A stretch of DNA of 64,000 nt from Carcharhinus amblyrhynchos (GCA_965287045.1 OZ336875.1:78244001-78308000), one strand, 5' to 3'. Positions 48,062-60,894 are shown, counted from the stretch's first letter. Notes: a model not told the origin generated them from the sequence alone. Translations and numbers: made by a program.

Positions 48062-48626
48062 GTCAGATGGTCCAGTTTAAGTGTACACTAACGATGTGAA
48101 GCACTAGGCAACTCTCAAAGCAACATCCAAGAGCAGCCCTCGCACGACCCATCGTGTGTATACCCCTTGTTGGTCAACAAGGCGGACCGAATCACCTGTG
48201 AAGTAAAAGAAAATACATCAATAAACATGCAAAGCTTAGACAGATGAAGATGAACTTAGATCAGAGATGAAATGATAGGGAACTTGCTGACAGTTAGTGA
48301 CTGAGTTACAGAGATATTTGATACTCATATAGTGACTTTAATTCATTGATGACTAAACAATGAAAAGACTGATTGTGAAGATCATGACTTTCCACATCTA
48401 TTTTATGTCATTCAGAGCTTTCATGTAGACACCATGCGTTACAGGACATCCATGAAGATGATTCTTCAGAGACTCCGTCCCTTCTGAGAGTGCACTCTCA
48501 CAGGACTGTGCACCAGCACCTATACATACACTTCAGTGAGTCTGCTTAGTTAGGATTTCACCTGGTACTTCAGTTTACCAGTAAGCAGGAGTGGACACTG
48601 GTGGCAGGAATAGTTGTGAAGAGTCT

Positions 48627-49440
48627 GGGGGGAAATCCTATCAAAAAATGGTTGTTTCTGGCAAGAAAACAGGTGTGTTTCTCTCCAGAGACATAGGACT
48701 GTTTTCTCCCTTATGACATTCTGCCTAAAAAAATCAAGGGTGTGTCTTTCCTGTTGTTACGCAGGTGGGGCGGGGGTGATAATACCCTGGCAAAGCCCGG
48801 CTGCACAAATCCGGGCACAACATCTGAACCCAATCAGGACATGATTTCCCCCCATCAGCCCGCCATAGAGATCTCAGGGGCTCCCCTACCCATCCCTGAT
48901 TGGAGTTAGCACTCCTCTCCCCCCACTGCCTTCCTGATCATTGGCCCCTTCCGAGCAGTCACTCCCCCCCACCAAGCGGCCATTGCCAGCATCCCCTGCT
49001 CCCCCTCCACCAAGACATTGCCACTGGGGCCACCCAGCCTGGCAGTGCAAATCCGTGCCAGGGGCATGGGCAGGCCATTGCCTGGGAATGTCCCTCTGCC
49101 TTGAGGGCTATTCCAACCTTTCTATCCCCACGGAGACTCCCATGACAGGTTCACATCTAGGTGAACCTGTTGATAACTACATTGACCAGATATCACTCCG
49201 GAATAGCGCCATTATTTGTTGGGTGGGGCGTGGGAGGGGTTAATATCTGGTGTGGAGGTGGATTAATGATATAGAAATGTATTGAAATTCATGTAAAATA
49301 GCCCTCACCTGTTATGTCTGTGAACCTAATGACATCACCAGATCCAAGATTGCAATCTCACTGGCAAGATCTGTGACTTCCAGATCTTAAGCCCATGCTG
49401 GCATTCACATGCATGGCAAGCTTGGGCTCAAGATTGCCCC
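48627..49440. mobile_element. Non-autonomous TIR element (GGGC-type ends)
   Basis: Starts GGGGGAAATCCTATCAAAAAA and ends AAGATTGCCCC; C-rich interior resembling the 40612 element. Confidence 0.45.
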
Positions 49441-49554
49441 CTCTATCATGCGGTGGGGGAGGGGGGGGTGGGCGGGCATGTGGGAGTCCTGTAACCCGGG
49501 GCGATAAGGGTAACTTGCAGATAACCGTTGAAGTCAATGCCAGAAGTTAAGTTC

Positions 49555-49865
49555 TAAGGAGGTGGGTGCAGTGTCACGAGAAATTCAGTGATGTCACACA
49601 GGTGGCCAAGGTACTCTTGACATGCCATATTCTACCAACTGCACCATTAACCTGCTCAATTCACCACATCACCATCACTCACCTATCAGCAATCTCTTTC
49701 AATTTTAACACATACTTTACAAAACATATTTTCACCTCACCTCACACTGATGCAAGCCTCACACCTTACACACTTCGCCAATTATTCAATCATGACAGCC
49801 ACTTTAGCAAACACATTGCACAGCACTCACTGTTATGCATCCCTTCATCTTTCAGGACAAGATAT
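49555..49865 (+). pseudogene. Harbinger Myb/SANT ORF relic with its intron
   Basis: RRWVQCHEKFSDVTQVAK|GTACT ... CTTCATCTTTCAG|GACAAG resembles W.QCRKKFNDL...AK|intron|.K. Confidence 0.55.
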
Positions 49866-50504
49866 GTGAGAAGTTACTTTGGTGCAGTTCTTCAAATTGT
49901 ATGGGGAGTAATCTTGGCAAAATGGAACAGACAATGAAACAGAATTTTGGATGACAACAACAGCTTTAATGCTATATTGTTGAATAGACAATCTATTGAC
50001 TGTAAGAGGATTAGACAAGAATTGTTTGCAGATATACTATTTCAATATAAATCTTAAATCAATAAATTAAAGAAAAATTATTCGCAAATATAATTGCACA
50101 GCACTATTTAAACTTGCACAATTGAAAATAATTTGGACAGAATTTCCATGAAGTGTGAAGTGCCAGCATTAAAATCATTTCTCATATGTGATGCATGGGT
50201 GAGAAATTAGATCATTTGCACCCATTTTCAAAGCATTACAAGTGCTCTTAAGAGCATTAAACATGAACACAAGCAGAAAATAGATGCAAACAAGAATAGG
50301 TTACTAGTAATACTCATCTCTGAGTGAATTTGAAAAGTTCTGCTTGGGGAATATTTGCTGCAAATGACCATTGTTATTAATTTGGGCACAGTAGCAAATT
50401 ATTTACCTATGTCCTTGTATGGTGATTTTTCATGTTCTTCCCAAGTTTTCTTTTAGTGAAAGTGGTGCTTGTGGAGCTCATGTTTCCAGTTTTACAGTGG
50501 GACA

Positions 50505-51260
50505 TAACTGTTTGCCCTCTCAAGTGGGCATAAAGGATCCCAGGAGACTATTTCAAAGAAGGACAGGGGAGTTCTTCTTTATGTTTTCGCCAATATTTAT
50601 TTGTGAACAAATATCACTTGTGTTTAGTCAGCGAGTATGACTATGAGCTGCTGGTCATTTGCCATTTTAATTATTTGTCCCACTCTTAATCTGCCCACCC
50701 TTGACCTCTTAACACTGTCCCATTACAATTTAATGGTAGCTCAAAGAGCAACACCTCTTTTTTTAATTAGACATTTAATGGCATTCTGGACTCAACATTG
50801 AGTTAAACAATTTCAGATTATAATCACTGCACCTGTTCTTTTGGTCAGCAGATGCTGGTAAATTGTTCTGCTGTTCATTTAATCATCCTAGCCTTTTACC
50901 CAATAACAGACGATCCCTTTTGATCTTCCTTTCCAACTAACCCTGTTCCGTTGCCTCTGTATTTGCTTAAGAGCTATCACATCTATTTTCTTGTTTTGAT
51001 GAAAGGTCATGGTTAACTCTGTTTCCCTCTCCACAGTTGTTACCCATCCTGCTGAGTATTTTCAGCATTTTCTGTTAAAATTTCATTAAAAAACCAACTA
51101 TCTGGTGATTACACATTGCATTTTTTATGGGAGCTTGCTGTGCACAAGTTTCCTACATTCTGACAGTAACTGTAATTCAAAAAGTATGCAATTGGCTGTA
51201 AAGTGCTTTGGGATGTCTTGAGATTGTGAAAATCTTTATGTAAATATAGATGTTTCTTTT
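50505..51260 (+). mobile_element. Deu-domain SINE split by a Penelope insertion
   Basis: Deu core TGCCCTCTCAAGTGGGCATAAAGGATCCCAGG..CTATTTCAAAGAAGGACAGGGGAGTTCT at 50510-50600; tail ATTGGCTGTAAAGTGCTTTGGGATGTC at 51090-51260. Confidence 0.75.
50630..51080 (+). mobile_element. Second Penelope-like family, 3' end
   Basis: GIY-YIG C-terminus KEQHLFF*LDI...SGLNIELNNFRL; pLTR TTGATGAAAGGTCA...TTAACTCTGTTTCCCTCTCCACAG...CCTGCTGAGTATTTTCAGCATTTTCTGTT. Confidence 0.7.
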
Positions 51261-53132
51261 GCTTCTTTCACCAAAACAGAAAAAGACAGAATAGACCATG
51301 ACAAATAGTGGAAGGAAATCAAGATAAGAGTGAAATCAGGTTGACAGTGGAAAATAAAGTGAAGGAAAGATTTAAGTTTAAAAATAAAACAGCTTGCATT
51401 GCAAAGATCTACACTCTAGGCTTTTAGAATTAGACGACAAGCTTGTTAGTGAAGAAACAAAAGAATTTGATTGAGAAACTCTAAAAACAAACAAAAGCAC
51501 CAAGCTAAAAGGTACTACAGCAAAAGAAAAATATCAAAGATGGGGGGAGTATAGCCATGTAAATTAAAATTCATGTCCATATTTCCAATGTAGTGTAATT
51601 TTTATCATACTTGTATTCCTTTTCAGAAATTTCTATATCAGTCAGTAATATAGCCATTCCATTCTTGCTCCCCCCAATTTCTTTTTAAATGAAATTGATC
51701 ATGGTCATCAAGAGCCTCCGATCTGGATTTGTCATAGAGGTCAAATACTGTATGTTTTGCCCAGGGCATATAACAACTAACTATAATGCATATACTCCAG
51801 ATATTTGGGGAAGTTAGTTAAATTAAATGTTGCACTAAATGTATAAAGATGTTCTAACTTTATATTCCACTGCTTCTGCTTTGACTGTTTAAAACAGCCA
51901 TTAGATTTAGTTTTGTGGCAACTACATATGTTTAAATGTAAATTATAGAATGCAGAAAAGATTTTATTGTGCACATCATTACACCACTCACCAATAGCTT
52001 TAAATGAGAAAATATTTGTTACATTATGCAACATTATGTATTTTATTTATGTATATGTGATCATAAAATGTTTATTGGTAAGGCTCAGCCCATTTCACTA
52101 TTGCTCCACCTACCGTACCATCTTGTATTTATTTCCGAGGTATGAATATGATTTGGTTTTTAGATCTCATTGAATAAAGCTATAGGGCTGCTTTTGATCC
52201 ATGTGTAACTAATTAACAAACGTGACAAGAAAGCAGATATATAAATTGCCTTCTTGTAAAAATGGCTCTCCGCTATTGTTACAATGATAAAGGGATTTGC
52301 TGCACCACAAGGTTTAGGTTTAGCTACACAATGGCATTGTATTGCCTAAGGAACATAATTATCATTAACGACTAATTTTAAGAAATGAAATTGAGTTGGC
52401 ATATGTGGCCTAACTAATCATCAATATTTTGACATTTGTGATTTTAGATTTATTATTTCAGCTCTTTTACTCTGGCCAAAGTCTACCATCTGCAAGAATG
52501 AATTAAACATCAGACACAAAGCTCTCACACAATTTGTTCTCCGATAAAAAATGCTCCGGGGAGAGACTAAAAGGTTCTTTGCTTCCACTCAATCCCGCAA
52601 CGAATTGGGTTTTCCATCTAAAACCTTTGCTATGGTTTTGCAAAGGGTAAGTTACTTTGCTTCTGGGGATGTGTAGTTTCACATTATCATTCGGGATGTT
52701 AAAAAATGCCTCTTCTTTTCCTTTCTAGCCTGGCTGTAAAACTTCTCAAAAACTGAATACTTCGTAGCAGTGCCTCTTATCATTCTTGACACTTGATTCC
52801 AATATAATTGAGATTTTGTTTGTGAGGTAATATTACTAACACCAACAATGACTTATTTTTATATCGCACCTATAACATAATGAAATGGCCAAGGCACCTC
52901 ACAGGATATTATAGAATAAGGTATGATGCCAAGTCACGTAGAGAGATATTAGGTCAGATAACTAAAAGCTTGGACAAAAAGATAGATTTTAAGGAGTGAT
53001 CTAAGTGAACAAAGTGAGGCAGAGAAGTAAAGGCAGGAAATTCTAGAGCTTGTGTTCGAGGCAACTGAAGGCACAGCCACCAATGAGGGAACAATTATAC
53101 TGTGAATGTACCAAAGGTCATAAATAGAGGCA

Positions 53133-53942
53133 GAGTAAGAAGTCTCACACCACCAGGTTAAAGTCCAATGGGTTTACTTGGTAGCATGAGCTTTCGAAGC
53201 GCTGCCCCTTCATCAGATCAGTGGAGAGTTGGGTTCACAAACAGGGCACATAAAGGCACAGATTCACCTATCTATCAGGTACACGGTACATACTCTTGCA
53301 ACTCAGCCAATGTTGTGTACCTGATACGCTGCAGGAAAGGATGTCCAGAGGCTTGGTACATTGGTGAGAGCATGTAGACGCTACAACCATGGATGAATGG
53401 ACACTGCTCCACAATCACTAGGCAGGAGTGTTCCCTTCCTGTCGGGGACAACTTCAGCAGTCAAGGGCATTCAGCTGCTGATCTTTGGGGAAGCGTTCTC
53501 CAAGACAGCCTTCAAGACACATGACAACACAGAATCACCGAGTAGAAGCTGATAACCAAGTTCCGCATACATGAGGACAGCCTCAACCAGGATCTTGGGT
53601 TCATGTCACACTACCTGTAACCCCTATGACTTGCTGGGCTTGCAAAATCTTACTAACTTTCCTGGCTTTAGACAATTCACACCTCTTTAACCTGTGCTTA
53701 ATCCTTTCTCCACTTACATTGTTTGCATCTGTAAAGACTTGATTACCTTTAAGACTCACATTCCAACCATTATTTTGTAATTGAGTCTGTCTCTATATGC
53801 CCTATTTGTGAACCCAACTCTCCATTCATTTGATGAAGGGGCAGTGCTCTGAAAGCTCATGCTACCAAATAAACCTGTTGGACTTTAACCTGGTGTTGTG
53901 AGACTAATTACTGTGCCTACCTCAGTCCAATGCTGGCATCCC
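53133..53942 (+). mobile_element. Penelope-like element with inverted 5' pLTR segment
   Basis: IYQVHGTYSCNSANVVYLIRCRKGCPEAWYIGE GIY-YIG. Left ~130 bp is the reverse complement of ~53780-53912. TSD-like ATAGAGG (53124-53130, 53943-53949). Confidence 0.9.
53186..53218 (-). ncRNA. Minimal hammerhead ribozyme-like motif (intact core)
   Basis: Minus strand AT-CTGATGA-AGGGGC-AGC-GCTTC-GAAA-GCTC-AT. The mirror copy on + at 53830-53858 has TTGATGA. Confidence 0.65.
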
Positions 53943-54519
53943 ATAGAGGAGCACAGATATCCCAGAGGTTGTGGGGTTTCAGAGACAGAGAAGGGTAAGA
54001 CCATAGAGGGATTTGAAAACAAGAATAAGAGTTTTAACATAAAGGCATTGCTTTAGCTGGAGCAAATATTGGTTTGTCCATGAAAGAAGATAGGGAAAGG
54101 GATCTTGCTGCAAGTTAAAACATGGGCAGCTGACTTTTTGATAACCTCAAGTTTCCAGAGGGTAGATTGTGGGAGACTAGTCAGAAATGCACTGTAATAG
54201 TCAAGTCTATAGATAATGAAGATATGAATGAACACAAATTTAATGTTTTATATCATTGAGACAAAGACATTCAGTTTCTGTCTTCTCCTTGCTCAGTTGT
54301 ATCGTTGCTTTCTCAGAACAACTGGGGCTTTGCCAACACTGGCTCTATCCCAAGGCGAATGATAAAGGAGACAAATTCAGGATCTGTGGTGGATTGGGAA
54401 CTTTCTCTGCAATTGATCATATGAAGCCCAAAGGCTGTGTTGCCTGCCCACTAGGATTAAGGATATCTCCTTAGGGCTGAGAGAGGAACTTGGAGTGTGA
54501 AAGGAAGGATTTAGTTCTC

Positions 54520-54800
54520 CTGGACCATGTGGGTACCAAGGACTAAGAAAAAGTTTTTGTTGAGTATGAGCAGCTTGGAACTAAATTAAAAAACAGAACC
54601 ACAAAGTGATAATCTATGGATTGCTACCTGAACCACAAGCAAATGAACATAGGGTAAATAAGATCGGAGGGTTGAATGCGTGGCTCAATGTTTGGTAAGA
54701 GAGAGAGGAGTTTCAATTCATGGGATACTAGTACCATGCTTGTATATGGATCGTTTGACTGAGACTATAGAGAAGTCTTCACACTAAATAGTGGATGGAG
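54520..54800 (+). mobile_element. CR1 ORF1 (esterase-like) fragment
   Basis: LGTKLKNRTTK.IIYGLLPEP...LNAWL...FQFMG. Confidence 0.6.
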
Positions 54801-54851
54801 GGTTCACATGGAAGAGAAATTTGGAAACAAAAAGAGAAAGGACATGGCAAT

Positions 54852-55152
54852 GGGCAGCATGATGGCATAATGGTTAGTACTGTTCCCTCACATCGCCAGG
54901 GATCCAGGTTCAATTCCAACCTTGGATAACTGTGTGGAGTTTGCACATTCTCCCAATTTCTGCGTGGGTTTCCTTCAAGTACTCCGGTTTCCTCTTACAG
55001 TCCAAAAATGTGTAGGTTAGGTAGATTAGCCATGGTAAAAGCACAGGGTTATGGGGATAGGGCAGGTGTGGATGGGGGTATTCTGGGTAAGATTTTTTTT
55101 GGAGAGTCAGTGCAGACTTGATTGATTGAGTGGCCTCCTTCTACTATTGAAG
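54852..55152 (+). mobile_element. HE1/V-domain SINE
   Basis: GGGCAGCATGATGGCATAATGG, GGTTCAATTCC, GTGGAGTTTGCACATTCTCCC. Confidence 0.88.
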
Positions 55153-55159
55153 ATGAACA

Positions 55160-55290
55160 GTCGTGAGAAATGATCTTGGTTTAGATGATGAAAATGTGGG
55201 ATCATGCTGGGTGGAGATAAGAAATAGCAAAGGAAATAGGGCATTTATGGGTGTGGTTTATATGTCCCCAGAAAGTACACTTTAGGACAG
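55160..55290 (+). mobile_element. CR1 endonuclease-domain fragment
   Basis: SCWVEIRNSKGNRAFMGVVYMSP. Confidence 0.6.
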
Positions 55291-58200
55291 ATTCTATTGG
55301 CTTTCTTTCCAGCGATATTGAGGCACAGAGGCTTATTCTTATAGTACCTGTATAATCTTGGTTGTGGAGTTATTTCTGATGATTTTACCAACTAACTGTT
55401 GACCTCTTGATTCATACTCTCTCGTTGGGCTTCAGCACTGGTACCTCATGTGCTTTAACTTTGGTTAAAATTATAAGCCTCTTTGTTTCTCTATTCTTTT
55501 CTATGTTGGCTTTCCTTCTCATGGCCATCCAAGGTGATATTGAGTTGAATTTACTGTATCAGAGATGAAAGTTTGTGGTCTCATTCTCCTTCCCATCAAT
55601 AACTCAGATGGTGAGAAACCATCATGTAGTGGTGAAGTTCGAACGTACACTTTAGGACTCAGAGGTAGGCCACAGGTTCCTTTGAGCTGCCCTTCCATTT
55701 AATAAGCTCGTGGCTGATGTTTTTGCAACCTCAACCCCACATTCCTGCCTAATCCCCGATAACCTTTCAGCATCTTGTTAATCTATCTAGCTCTTCCGAA
55801 GTGCACTCTACTTCCAGTTTGCCAGTAGTCAAAGATCACAGGGCAGCCAGTAGAAACGTTTCAAGGATAACCTGAAATCCTACTTTAAGAAGATTGGCTT
55901 TGATCACAACAGTTGGGAAGAGTTTGCACTGAGCCACCCATGCTGGCAAGCCTTGCTTCACCAAAGGTGATTTTGAAGCAGAGCAGATGATGAAGGTTAA
56001 GGATACAAAAACAAGAAAAAAGTTCAAAAAGGCGCGTAACTCCCTTTGACCCAGAACTGACCAACCAATTGACTAATAACTGACTGCCTATGTGGAATGT
56101 TAATCATGGATGTGCTCCCTATGTCCTTATTCAATTCCCCTCCACCCCAGCTTAATCATAAGATTCACCACTGAATTTTAAGAATGAGGACACAGTGCAT
56201 TATTTCTTTAAAATCTGACTGAATTCCATGTGTGTGTCTTGGCCCAATTAATCCTCACCATCCAATATACAATTTTGCTGAGGTTCAAGATGTTAAAAGA
56301 AACCTGAGAAGATCATTTTTTTGAAGTGAAAATTGATTAAGTTTGTTCAGCGATAAGGGGTAGGTTACTATACATTTATTCTCCTCCCAACTGCCTAATG
56401 AAGGCAATTTGTGGACCAAATGACTTAAGAAGGTTGGTGCACTTATTCTTGGGTGGGTTGCTGAATAAACTTCCATTTTTAAATGGAAGAGAACAATGTT
56501 TATCAGCACCTTTCAGTTCATTAAGCTTATGATTTTTGAGTTGGGGATGAGGAGAGAATTTGTGATGCTTTTGCCTGTTGTTTCGGGGGAGAGATAGGAT
56601 ACTGCTACAGGAAGCCACTAAGACCTTTCCGTGGGCTTAATTTAAGTGAGCAGATCACTGATGCATTTCTCGCATTTCTGGTTTGAATCGTTGATTTTGG
56701 AACACAGATTGGTGGTTATATGTGAGCGAGTGGTACAATTTGTTTTTGCTTTAATTTCCTGTGGTCAGGCAACCTTTAAATTTAATATGAACTCCCCCAT
56801 CTGGTTAATTTGACACCTCACCTCTGATGCTGAGATGTATTGTCAGAGTTAATAGTCACAGACATTTTGAACAGGGGAGATTATGATCAGGTCACCGTGA
56901 GCTTGTTCGAAATACGCCAGGATGCAGTTAAGAACTATATAAAGGTGGCGATTTGTACTATATTTCCAAATCTTAATTATTTTCACAGAATTTGCCAATT
57001 GTTCAGATTTTTTTTTTGAAAATCACTATCCTAAAAGAACTCCCCAAGCTTTCAAAGCTCTGCTGCCAGTTTAAACACAAAACATCCCTTGAAAGGGGCC
57101 CCTCTAATACTGACGCTAAAGGAACACATTGCTTGGAAGTTCACATTGCAAACATTTGTGTGAATATTCAGACTACAGTTACTTAGTTGAAGCGAGGTTG
57201 TGAATGATGTTTCAATATTGGAATAGGACTATCATATTGGATATTTATAAAAAGCTTCAGTTTTCTTTCCTTGCCCTACCAGACGCTTGACATCTTCAGT
57301 GGCTAAACATTGAATCGTAGAGGAAAGGAGTTAAAAGGTCTGCATGCAAATCACATACTGGATCTTGTACACTACACGGGGGCCATTTGGCAGGTCTGAG
57401 TAAATGCATAGTTGTGTACAGCTGTAAAGGCAGCAGGCATGAAAAATTACTGCCATTCTGCATTGATTACAATGTTTCCGGCAGTTCTTTTCAAGGGTTG
57501 AAATTACTAGTCAAAAAGAGCAGGTGTTCCAAGTGATGAGCCAAGATGCAATCAAGATTTTCTAAAGATCCTGATGGGTCATAATTGATAAATAAGAGCC
57601 ATTTTGACATTCATGTAACAGCACTGATGAAAGCGTTGTGGACAACTGTCAACTGTACCTCCAGAGTATTCCTTTATTCCAAAGATAAGGTGGACAAAGG
57701 ATAAAATACTATTCTTTGGGATTTTTGATAGATTGCAGACAGCAGCTATCGAAGTATGGCCTTTGACGCTGAAAGAGAATTTATTGTTCCAATCTAAAGA
57801 AGGCCTATCTTCACTGAATGTAAAACAGGTGATTGAGCTCCAGAAGGCACCAGCAAAAAAAAGTGATTCAGAGTTTCCTTGTGTCACCTTCCTGTTGTTC
57901 TGTATGGTTCACAGTTGCTGCTTCCAGAAACCATTAATCATTTGATTCTATCTCTGCTCTTCTGATAGCTACAGAACACAAACCCTTCTAATATTTCAGA
58001 ACAAATGCCCCTGTAATACAACACCCCTCAAAGGGCAACATCGCTGAAAGGAGAATTTACTCAAGAGGTTCACATTTGCCACTGAAAAAAGTATACAAGT
58101 CTTTGCATTTTTCCTCCTTTTTCTCAGTTTTATTTGCATTCTTGACTTCAAATTAATGTTCAGGGAAAGATTTATAATTAAATTTTTTTTTGATCTACCA

Positions 58201-58301
58201 GCATCGCTCTCTTCGGGTAAGAAGGTGAGGCATAGGCTTGCAGTATTGGACCAAATGTTAAACATCACCTGATTATCTAGTGCAAGGGATTTAATTACAT
58301 C

Positions 58302-58452
58302 CATAAGACCATAAAATATAGGAGCAGAATTAGGCCATTCAGCCCATCAAGTCTGCTCTATCATTCAATCATGGCTGATATTTTTCTCATCCCCATTCTC
58401 CTGCCTTTTCCCCATAACCCCTGATCCCCTTATTAATCAAGAACCTATCTAG
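58302..58452 (-). mobile_element. CR1 3' terminus, short and young
   Basis: CATAAGACCATAAAATATAGGAGCAGAATTAGGCCATTCAGCCCATC...CCCCATAACCCCTGATCCCC. Confidence 0.85.
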
Positions 58453-60894
58453 CTGCACTGAATGTAAACCAGGTGATAGAACTCCTGAAGGCAATAGCAA
58501 TGAAAAAATGATTCAAAGTTTCCTTATGTCACCTTTCTGTTGTTGTGTATGGTTCACAATTAGGTCATATCGTTAGGTTACTATTTATTGGCGGTCAAGG
58601 CATCATTAAAGAGTCACAAGAAAATCTTTATTTTACTGCATTTGTTGACGTATGGTGCACAACTTCAGCTGAGTGGCAATCACTGGTTTACTCGGGGGTG
58701 TATCCTTAACTTGAGGTGTGTGTGGGGAGGGGTGGTGGGGGCTGTCCTGGACCGGGGAAGGTGGTGGGGGCAGGGTTGGAGGGGACAGTGGAAAGGGACA
58801 GTGCTAGAAGCTGGAGCAGAGTAGCTCAGAGGTGGAGGTGGGGTTGGACGTGGAAAGGGATGTTGAGTGTGGGGTGGGAGTGGGGGTGCTGTTATGGGCC
58901 CCCTGGTATGGGGAGAGTTTATGTGTGTGTAGGGTGTCCTCTGACAAGATGGGTCTGGGTGTTTAAATAGTTATTCTGGAGTTAGAAGTGTCTTTTTCCT
59001 TCTCTTTCAGAATAACAGTCAGGGCAAAACTAGAAAAATCATCCGAAGTTAGCAGTTTAAATAGGTTCTTTCAGTTGGTACCCAGCGTAATTATCCAGAG
59101 AAAGTTACCACTTCTGGGCAATTGCTGGTAAATCCTTATGTGGAAACATTCCCATTATTGGGAAACCCAGAGGTTATGGGCCATTACATCTATCACTTTA
59201 TCAGGCTGGAGCCCAACAGGGCTTGGGCCACAAGAGGATATCCACTGACATCATCACAGGCATTGGGACACAGCAGTTAGCAGGCTGCCTTTGCTGTGGA
59301 TGTTGGGCCTGGTGTTAAGGTTAGGAAAGTTTTTAAAAAAATGATGTCACTTCTGGTTCATGGCTCTTCCATCACTGTAAATAAGTTGAACATATTGGCA
59401 TTCATTGGATGGGAATGTGAATATTCTGGTCAGCTGATGGCATTCTGATTTTGTACTTTGCAATCCTCTCATCTTGCAGCTTAGCCATCCTCAGTGATAG
59501 CGTCCCAATAAAAAATGAAAATGCATGTGATGTGAACCTCGGTGCAACTAATGTCTGGACCCTTGTCTGTTGCCGGGCAGATGTGCTTAAATCTTTATTA
59601 GAAGTGTATGATGGAAAAGTTTTGAACCCTTAATCCTCAAGGGACAGCAATGGTTGAGCGTTGGTCCTTTTGCCAATTATTTTTAAGCCTTGTCTTTTGG
59701 TTATCAACTCTTTGACCAGTGGAAACAATTTCTCCCTTTCTACTTAATCCCTTATCATTTGGAATACCTCTGTGAATATCCCTTTAATCTTCTTGTGGGG
59801 ATCAATCCCCAGTTTCTTTAGGTTCTCCATCTAACATTTTAAAACCCAGAAATCAACTACTTGACTTGCAGGAATCAAGTGCAGGAGGAAAGTTGGGATT
59901 ACAAGGGATGAACCTCATTTTTTCAGTGAAAGAAATTACCGATGTACGTTTAAAGGATGCTGATTTGTGGCTCTGTATAAAAAAACACAGTAAGCTGAAA
60001 GATATTGGGTGGGATTTTCTGGCCACACTCGCCCTGAAACTGGAAAATCCCGCCTGACCTTTCCATGGTTCCCCCCCTTGCCCGCTGCGATTCCCATGAT
60101 GGACAGAATGGGAAAGTTCACTCCGTTGTGACATTGGGACATTGCCAGCCATGACTGAGGGTTCATTGGCGGGCCTGATCCTCCACTTTAGGTACAATTG
60201 AAAAAGATTCAAAAGATAAAAAGATGGCAGAAGACAGCTTGAATTGAAGCATGTCCACACACTTAATAACGCCCAATCAAAATGTTCAGTGAATAAATTG
60301 AACCACATAGAACCTAAAAAGGAACTGGAAAAATTGACAGCAAAACATTTTGTTCTTTTGAGTGAAATACCAATCAATATCCTTCAGGCTCCCAGTTCTG
60401 GCCAGTGTTGCAAAAGGTTCTTTAGTCTGTGCTAGTGGAAAGAATAATACCAGCGCAGACTTTATAAGCTTTAATGTCTTGCAAATTAGACTTTTGTCTG
60501 GAATTATTTTTTAGTGAGAATGCCTGCAGTTCCTGGGTGGTTCTGATTCAGTTTAATGTTCAATGTCTGCCATAGGTGTTCCTTCTAAACTTTGTATTCC
60601 AGTGCCAGCCTGAAATCATCAGTGCCTTTGTCAAGGAAGAGATCTAGGTTAGTGATGGTAAAAGGAGATAGCTGAAAAAGGAGAGCCCTCATACAAGCCC
60701 TAGACTTTGCAGATGTTGTGAGTAACAGGAAAACATTCCTGTGGCAGAATCCCTAAACCTCTGCATCCACCTTGGAACAGAAGGCAGCGTAAGAGCCAGA
60801 GATCTGGGGTTAAGTGCCAACACATTAATGTCCAATTAGAAAGAGATGGCTTAATTTTGTAAACCTCCATTATTTCTTCTAAAAAAGATAATTG

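Larger units (their letters stand above)
52848..54240 (-). mobile_element. L2 LINE 3' portion, interrupted by a Penelope element
   Basis: ORF 54053-54235 FIHIFIIYRLDYYSAFLTSLPQSTLWKLEVIKKSAAHVLT is the L2 RT C-terminal pattern; L2 tail at ~52850. Confidence 0.85.

Noticed and set aside
59853-60377. Longest ORF (174 aa, minus)
   Set aside because: Crosses a TIR repeat at ~60008-60190; F/S/L-rich composition typical of chance ORFs; no domain recognised.
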